Positions 59,922 through 64,000 of a DNA stretch of 64,000 nt are shown here, piece by piece. The position numbers and the translations under genes are program-made. The DNA lies in IMG/VR virus record IMGVR_UViG_3300023179_000031, positions 58,467 through 122,466 of that record. One strand, written 5' to 3'. The stretch's first letter is position 1; each line of letters starts with the position of its first letter. The stretch is from a virus. The notes beneath the pieces are model-generated. The model did no database searches. It was not told where the DNA came from and saw only the letters and a program-made list of their open reading frames with translations.

Positions 59922-60872
59922 TTATGGATTGTTTTCGATGGTTACGCCGGTTGATGGAATGACTCCACTAGCATTGCCAAATATCACAAGATCATTTACT
60001 GCGGCGTCAACGAATGAGCCAGCAGCATTTAAAACTTGGAAAGTGATGTAGTCTTTATTTCTTTCTACAATACCGACAGTATTATTTGAAAAGTCTTCAC
60101 CACTATCGTTATCATTTCTTGCATTGCTATTTGCTACAGCTACATAATTTGCATCAGAAAAAGTATTAGGCTTGAAAAAGATCTTAAACTTGCCGGGGCT
60201 TGTTGGGCCAAGCGGGCGTTGTAGCTTAACAATATTATATGAAGAAAGAACTTCCATATTTCCAGAACCATTAAATCTAATCCAAGCTTGTGCTGCACCC
60301 TTTGCTGTTGGCATCATACTGTTATCAACATCAAATTTTACAGTTGTGCCACTACCAATATGCATAACTTCCTCGTCAGCATCTACATACTGAAAAGAAA
60401 TTCCATGCATTCTATTAGTCATGGTTACGCCGCTAGCATTAATCCAATTATTTGGACCACCCATTCCCAAATTACCATTCATATTTCTATTACCGGTCAA
60501 TTTAAGATACTGTGTGTGTGGATCGCCAAGAGTCAAGCCGGCTAGTCCATTATGCTGGATACCAGTAGAACCGGGGTAAGGCTCTATTTGAATACCATTA
60601 TTTCCAACAACATTAGCAAATTGAACTCCAGATTCAACAATAAGAATACCACCATCGATATTTTGTGGATCTGAGTCATTTACCTTGACTCTAACATCTT
60701 TTACGAAGGGATGAGTTGCATCAAAATCACCACTAGCCACAATGTACTTTAATGACTCAATAATATCTAACATATTCTGTCTAACATCTCTAGCAGAGAT
60801 AAGACCGGCATTATTGTCGGCTAGATCTGTTTGAATATTTGTGCGAATAATTTGATCACTTAAAACTGTCAT
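59922..60872 (-). CDS. Virion fibre-like protein
   Basis: HNGLAGL..DPHTQYL and C-terminal AQAWIRFNG..SYNI..GKFKIFF fibre-tip motif. Confidence 0.55.
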   Translation of the reverse strand: MTVLSDQIIRTNIQTDLADNNAGLISARDVRQNMLDIIESLKYIVASGDFDATHPFVKDVRVKVNDSDPQNIDGGILIVESGVQFANVVGNNGIQIEPYPGSTGIQHNGLAGLTLGDPHTQYLKLTGNRNMNGNLGMGGPNNWINASGVTMTNRMHGISFQYVDADEEVMHIGSGTTVKFDVDNSMMPTAKGAAQAWIRFNGSGNMEVLSSYNIVKLQRPLGPTSPGKFKIFFKPNTFSDANYVAVANSNARNDNDSGEDFSNNTVGIVERNKDYITFQVLNAAGSFVDAAVNDLVIFGNASGVIPSTGVTIENNP

Positions 60873-60883
60873 TTTCTTCTCCT

Positions 60884-61405
60884 TTAGTATCTAAAATATC
60901 CACCCCTAAGATCGCTATCGCTATAATTTCTAGTAACAAAATCGCTTGCTGGACTGTATGGACCAAGAATTGCCTTGCCAGCTATACTGTTACCAGCGCG
61001 ATAGTTCATCAAGGCTTGACTATATTTATCGTTTAAATCTTTGTATAATGTTAATAGAGTGCTAGAAACGCCACGTAAATCTATTGCTGATGGACCATCT
61101 TTAATAGATATTGCATTACCAGACTCTGTTCTTACTTCGCTTCCAATTATAAGACATGCTGATTTTAATGTCACAAGTGTGATAAAAGCATCATCTTTTG
61201 TATCTGTATCTGTTGGATCTGGAGATAAAGAACATTGCTCAATATTAATTGAGTATGTATTACCAAAATCGGTGTCCAACGTAATTAATTGTGCGGAAAC
61301 AAGCACGGTTGTTTCTATACGTTTTAAGCTATATTTATAATTTGCTGGATCTAGATCATTGACTAGATACCTGACCATCGTTGATATTTGGCCTTGCCAT
61401 GACAT
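60884..61405 (-). CDS. Putative head-tail adaptor protein
   Basis: MVRYLVND..YS helical N-terminus typical of adaptors. Confidence 0.5.
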   Translation of the reverse strand: MSWQGQISTMVRYLVNDLDPANYKYSLKRIETTVLVSAQLITLDTDFGNTYSINIEQCSLSPDPTDTDTKDDAFITLVTLKSACLIIGSEVRTESGNAISIKDGPSAIDLRGVSSTLLTLYKDLNDKYSQALMNYRAGNSIAGKAILGPYSPASDFVTRNYSDSDLRGGYFRY

Positions 61406-61416
61406 AGTTTTCTCTT

Positions 61417-61722
61417 TTATAGGTTACAGGACACTTGGAATGAATAAATATCCGTATAATACGTTCCACTTGGTAAAGATACTCTACCTTGTAGTTTGTA
61501 CAACCCCGGTTCATCAAGGTCGCCAGCAACTGTATCATAGTATACTTTTCCATCGGTGCCATTGGTCAATAAAGTTCCAGATCTATAAATAACTGTATCG
61601 CTGGGCTTTTTAAATGTCATCGAAATAACAGAAGCATTAGAAATATTAACTATATCACCGCAATCTTTGATTGTAGCTAAAAATCTTGTTCCAATATCAT
61701 TTACGTGTATTTCGCTGCACAT
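61417..61722 (-). CDS. Small BppU-N/Ig-like virion protein
   Basis: FKKPS..DGKVYY..GDLDEPGLYKLQ. Confidence 0.6.
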   Translation of the reverse strand: MCSEIHVNDIGTRFLATIKDCGDIVNISNASVISMTFKKPSDTVIYRSGTLLTNGTDGKVYYDTVAGDLDEPGLYKLQGRVSLPSGTYYTDIYSFQVSCNL

Positions 61723-61723
61723 G

Positions 61724-61786
61724 TTATCTCTTAAAGGTTATTTGAACTGTTTTTAGTATTGATAGAGTGCATTCTATTATTGTCAT
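61724..61786 (-). CDS. Possible 20-aa micro-ORF (not in supplied track)
   Basis: MTIIECTLSILKTVQITFKR; ATGA overlap with the upstream ORF; ends 1 nt before the next ATG. Confidence 0.35.
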   Translation of the reverse strand: MTIIECTLSILKTVQITFKR

Positions 61787-61953
61787 AATATTACAGTTTT
61801 GTTTTGTTCTATATTTAATGTGAATTCTATCTTTTTTAATATTGATGCTAAAATAGTTGAATTTCTGCTTATATTTAAGGTTATTTCAAAAACTTCTCCA
61901 TTTCGATATATTATGTCAGAAGTACAGAATGGTAGTAGGCTGAAAATAAACAT
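61783..61953 (-). CDS. 56-aa small protein (not in supplied track)
   Basis: MFIFSLLPFCTSDIIYRNGEVFEITLNISR...; fills the gap and follows a GTGTAT motif. Confidence 0.55.
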   Translation of the reverse strand: MFIFSLLPFCTSDIIYRNGEVFEITLNISRNSTILASILKKIEFTLNIEQNKTVIL

Positions 61954-61972
61954 ATTTTGCCCTGTAATCTCT

Positions 61973-61986
61973 ATTTAGTTATACAC
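61973..61986 (-). promoter_or_regulatory. Putative late promoter GTGTATAACTAAAT
   Basis: Intergenic, about 28 nt upstream of ATG 61953. Confidence 0.5.
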
Positions 61987-61991
61987 CATAA

Positions 61992-62312
61992 CTATAATGT
62001 TGATGATTCTATCCAAGTGCCTGTATTTTCGTCTATAACATAATTATCTCCGGGACAAGGTGGTATGAAAGCCCCTTCTGGAGAGTTAATATCATCTCTA
62101 AAAACAAAGCCTATACCAGCATAATTCATACGATATGGAGTTCCTCCACTAGTATGTTTTCCGTTAATGGTATTATAACTTGTTCGTTTACATTTTTGGC
62201 TCCGAAAATTTCCATAATATTCTTCCCAGTCAATATTATCTTCATTTTCGTTTTTACCAACTATAACTTCAGTAACAACATTGTTTTCATCTAAAAATGC
62301 GTAATGTGCCAT
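61992..62312 (-). CDS. Conserved small phage protein (MAHYA-type) accompanying Gly-rich fibres
   Basis: MAHYAFLDENNVVTEVIVG..RTSYN..RMNYAGIG..AFIPP. Confidence 0.75.
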   Translation of the reverse strand: MAHYAFLDENNVVTEVIVGKNENEDNIDWEEYYGNFRSQKCKRTSYNTINGKHTSGGTPYRMNYAGIGFVFRDDINSPEGAFIPPCPGDNYVIDENTGTWIESSTL

Positions 62313-62326
62313 ATGGTTTTTCCTTA

Positions 62327-63208
62327 TCAATTAAAAGTAACTGTTCCAGTTCCCGCTGTAATACTAATGACACGATCTGTTCCAGACATTGTAGAGGTGT
62401 ATGTAAGACCAGCACTTATGGTAATTTGTGCTAATGACGCATTCCAACGAAGAACTACAATTCCGCTACCACCACTACCGCTACCTAGAAGTCCGGTAAA
62501 ACCACCGCTTCCGCCACCCCCACCCCCAGTATTTGCTGTGCCATTCGTTGCAGCAGCAGTTGAGCCGCCACCAGTACCGCCTCCACCGCTTCCACCATTG
62601 CCACCAACTCCACTCGCCGTTTGCGTACCACCACCGCCGCCGCCAGCAAGCGTAGTAGCAGTTGCCATAATATTAGTGACTTTACCAGCGCCTCCATCTC
62701 CTCCATTTGTCGTACCACTAGCAACTCCTGCGGAACCCGCTCCTCCACCACCGCCGCCTCTTAGATTACCATTCCCAAGAGCGCCATTATTACCCTGTGT
62801 GCTAGAAAGAGTCAAGCCTTGATTTTGGCTTGCTACAAGAACTGTACCGGGACCACTTCCACCATATCTACCAGCGCCGTTTACATCTTGCCACCCACCA
62901 CCAACGGCAACAATTGAATCAAATCGTGAAGGACTTCCTTGACTGCCAGTAGAGCTTGTTGCCCCACCAGCGCCAATGCTAACTGTGTATACAGATCCTA
63001 GCGAGATACCAAGTGTCTGTTCAAGCATACCACCAGCGCCGCCACCTCCGCGAGCAACGCCTGAAGCTGAAACTGTAGCAGGCGATCCACCTCCAGCAAC
63101 AACAACTACTTGTAAAGGAAGTAATTTTCTTGCGTCAGCTACACCAGAAAATGGACCTTGTATTGGAGTTACAATTTGTCCACCTAACCCATAGATTCCC
63201 GGATTCAT
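62327..63208 (-). CDS. Glycine-rich domain virion protein
   Basis: VVAGGG..GGGGAGG and ANTGGGGGG..GGSGIVVLR polyglycine domain. Confidence 0.8.
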   Translation of the reverse strand: MNPGIYGLGGQIVTPIQGPFSGVADARKLLPLQVVVVAGGGSPATVSASGVARGGGGAGGMLEQTLGISLGSVYTVSIGAGGATSSTGSQGSPSRFDSIVAVGGGWQDVNGAGRYGGSGPGTVLVASQNQGLTLSSTQGNNGALGNGNLRGGGGGGAGSAGVASGTTNGGDGGAGKVTNIMATATTLAGGGGGGTQTASGVGGNGGSGGGGTGGGSTAAATNGTANTGGGGGGSGGFTGLLGSGSGGSGIVVLRWNASLAQITISAGLTYTSTMSGTDRVISITAGTGTVTFN

Positions 63209-63591
63209 TATAAATCTGCTCCCAAAGCTGTAACATGAGTAGCTTGAGATACTGATGTTGTTACTCTAATTGACCATGACGCATTAGGAAGGATTAAATT
63301 ATTGTAGGTTATAGAAACACGATTCTGTGCTAATGTGCTAGAACCCGTTACGGCTGTTACTGTTACTTCATCAAATAACCAATAATTTGATCCATCATAT
63401 AAAAATATTCTAACAATAGCAGCACTACTTGTTGCTGCATTTTTAACTACTATTTCTGCTATTCTGGTTCCTGTGCTAGCTCCTGTAATCAATGATCCTA
63501 CGTTCGTTGGTGACGTATAACTAGAATCGGCAGTAGCAATAGAAACTGCTCCTATTCTTGGTGTAACAGCAAATTGTGGACTAGTTGCCAT
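63208..63591 (-). CDS. Small beta-rich virion protein
   Basis: AGGAG RBS; coupled to the Gly-rich gene. Confidence 0.65.
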   Translation of the reverse strand: MATSPQFAVTPRIGAVSIATADSSYTSPTNVGSLITGASTGTRIAEIVVKNAATSSAAIVRIFLYDGSNYWLFDEVTVTAVTGSSTLAQNRVSITYNNLILPNASWSIRVTTSVSQATHVTALGADL

Positions 63592-63607
63592 AATATTCTC
63601 CTATATT

Positions 63608-64000
63608 CTATCTAAAGTTCGCCCATAAATAAAGATTAATTGTTGCTTGCGCATTGCCAGATAATTTATTATTAGAAATTGTGCCATCAATAATATCATT
63701 ACCAGAATGAGTATGTGAACTTGGTGCATAGCTACCAGATGGTTGCTTCCCATCCAAGGCTGTTTGCAGCCCGCTTACATCTGCTATCAAGTGGTTGTGA
63801 CTAAGGGCAGCGTAGCTACCAGATGGTTGCTTCCCATCCAAGGCTGTTTGCAGCCCGCTTACATCTGCTATCAAGTGGTTGTGACTAAGGGCAGCGTAGC
63901 TACCAGATGGTTGCTTCCCATCCAAGGCTGTTTGCAGCCCGCTTACATCTGCTATCAAGTGGTTGTGACTAAGGGCAGCGTAGCTACCAGATGGTTGCTT
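63608..64000 (-). CDS. Tail fibre protein C-terminus with 28-aa phage tail repeats (5' truncated)
   Basis: HxHxIADVSGLQTALDGKQ repeats; frame open to the window edge. Confidence 0.8.
   Translation of the reverse strand, partial: KQPSGSYAALSHNHLIADVSGLQTALDGKQPSGSYAALSHNHLIADVSGLQTALDGKQPSGSYAALSHNHLIADVSGLQTALDGKQPSGSYAPSSHTHSGNDIIDGTISNNKLSGNAQATINLYLWANFR
63729..64000 (-). repeat. Perfect 84-bp tandem repeat, more than 3 copies
   Basis: GCTACCAGATGG recurs at 63731, 63815, 63899 and 63983. Confidence 0.95.

Noticed and set aside
20610-61592. Many short + strand ORFs inside the structural block (and short - strand ORFs inside the early block)
   Set aside because: They are nested in long genes, lack an RBS and show no recognisable motifs
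62304-62822. Pro-rich 172-aa + strand ORF
   Set aside because: It is the antisense shadow of the Gly-rich gene (GGN codons read as Pro on the other strand)
63729-64000. CRISPR array
   Set aside because: The repeats are contiguous, have no spacers and are in frame within a fibre gene
1-64000. Stop-codon reassignment
   Set aside because: Code 11 gives dense, tightly coupled ORFs ending in TAA, TAG and TGA; the dnaE break is not a single in-frame stop
1-64000. tRNA, rRNA or other structured ncRNA genes
   Set aside because: Intergenic gaps are almost all under 85 bp and none shows a cloverleaf or rRNA-like sequence

Overview
This is an AT-rich fragment of a large tailed dsDNA phage genome in standard genetic code 11. 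It has two convergent blocks that meet at a hairpin terminator near 19630-19650. The + strand (1-19595) carries replication, recombination and accessory genes: primase C-terminus, dNMP kinase, Cas4-like exonuclease, a GT-A glycosyltransferase, radical SAM, a bacterioferritin-like protein, an intein-free split DnaE with an HNH endonuclease and a DnaQ exonuclease between its halves, SSB, a ~7 kb glycosylation cluster, a Vsr/DUF559-type endonuclease and a Rad52-like annealase. The - strand (19679-64000) is a virion morphogenesis block: fibre and Gly-rich proteins, neck proteins, tail tube, paralogous chaperones, a 2401-aa tape measure, a 3875-aa FG-GAP/LamG protein and several poly-Thr tail proteins. 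The main leads are: (1) a possible mucin-type virion O-glycosylation system; (2) the split DnaE; (3) a tape measure carrying a nuclease-like cargo between repeated motifs; (4) a perfect 14-bp inverted repeat bracketing the tail-tube gene; (5) strong CCWGG and GGATCC avoidance; (6) a ferroxidase-dead bacterioferritin. All calls come from reading motifs by eye; no searches were run.
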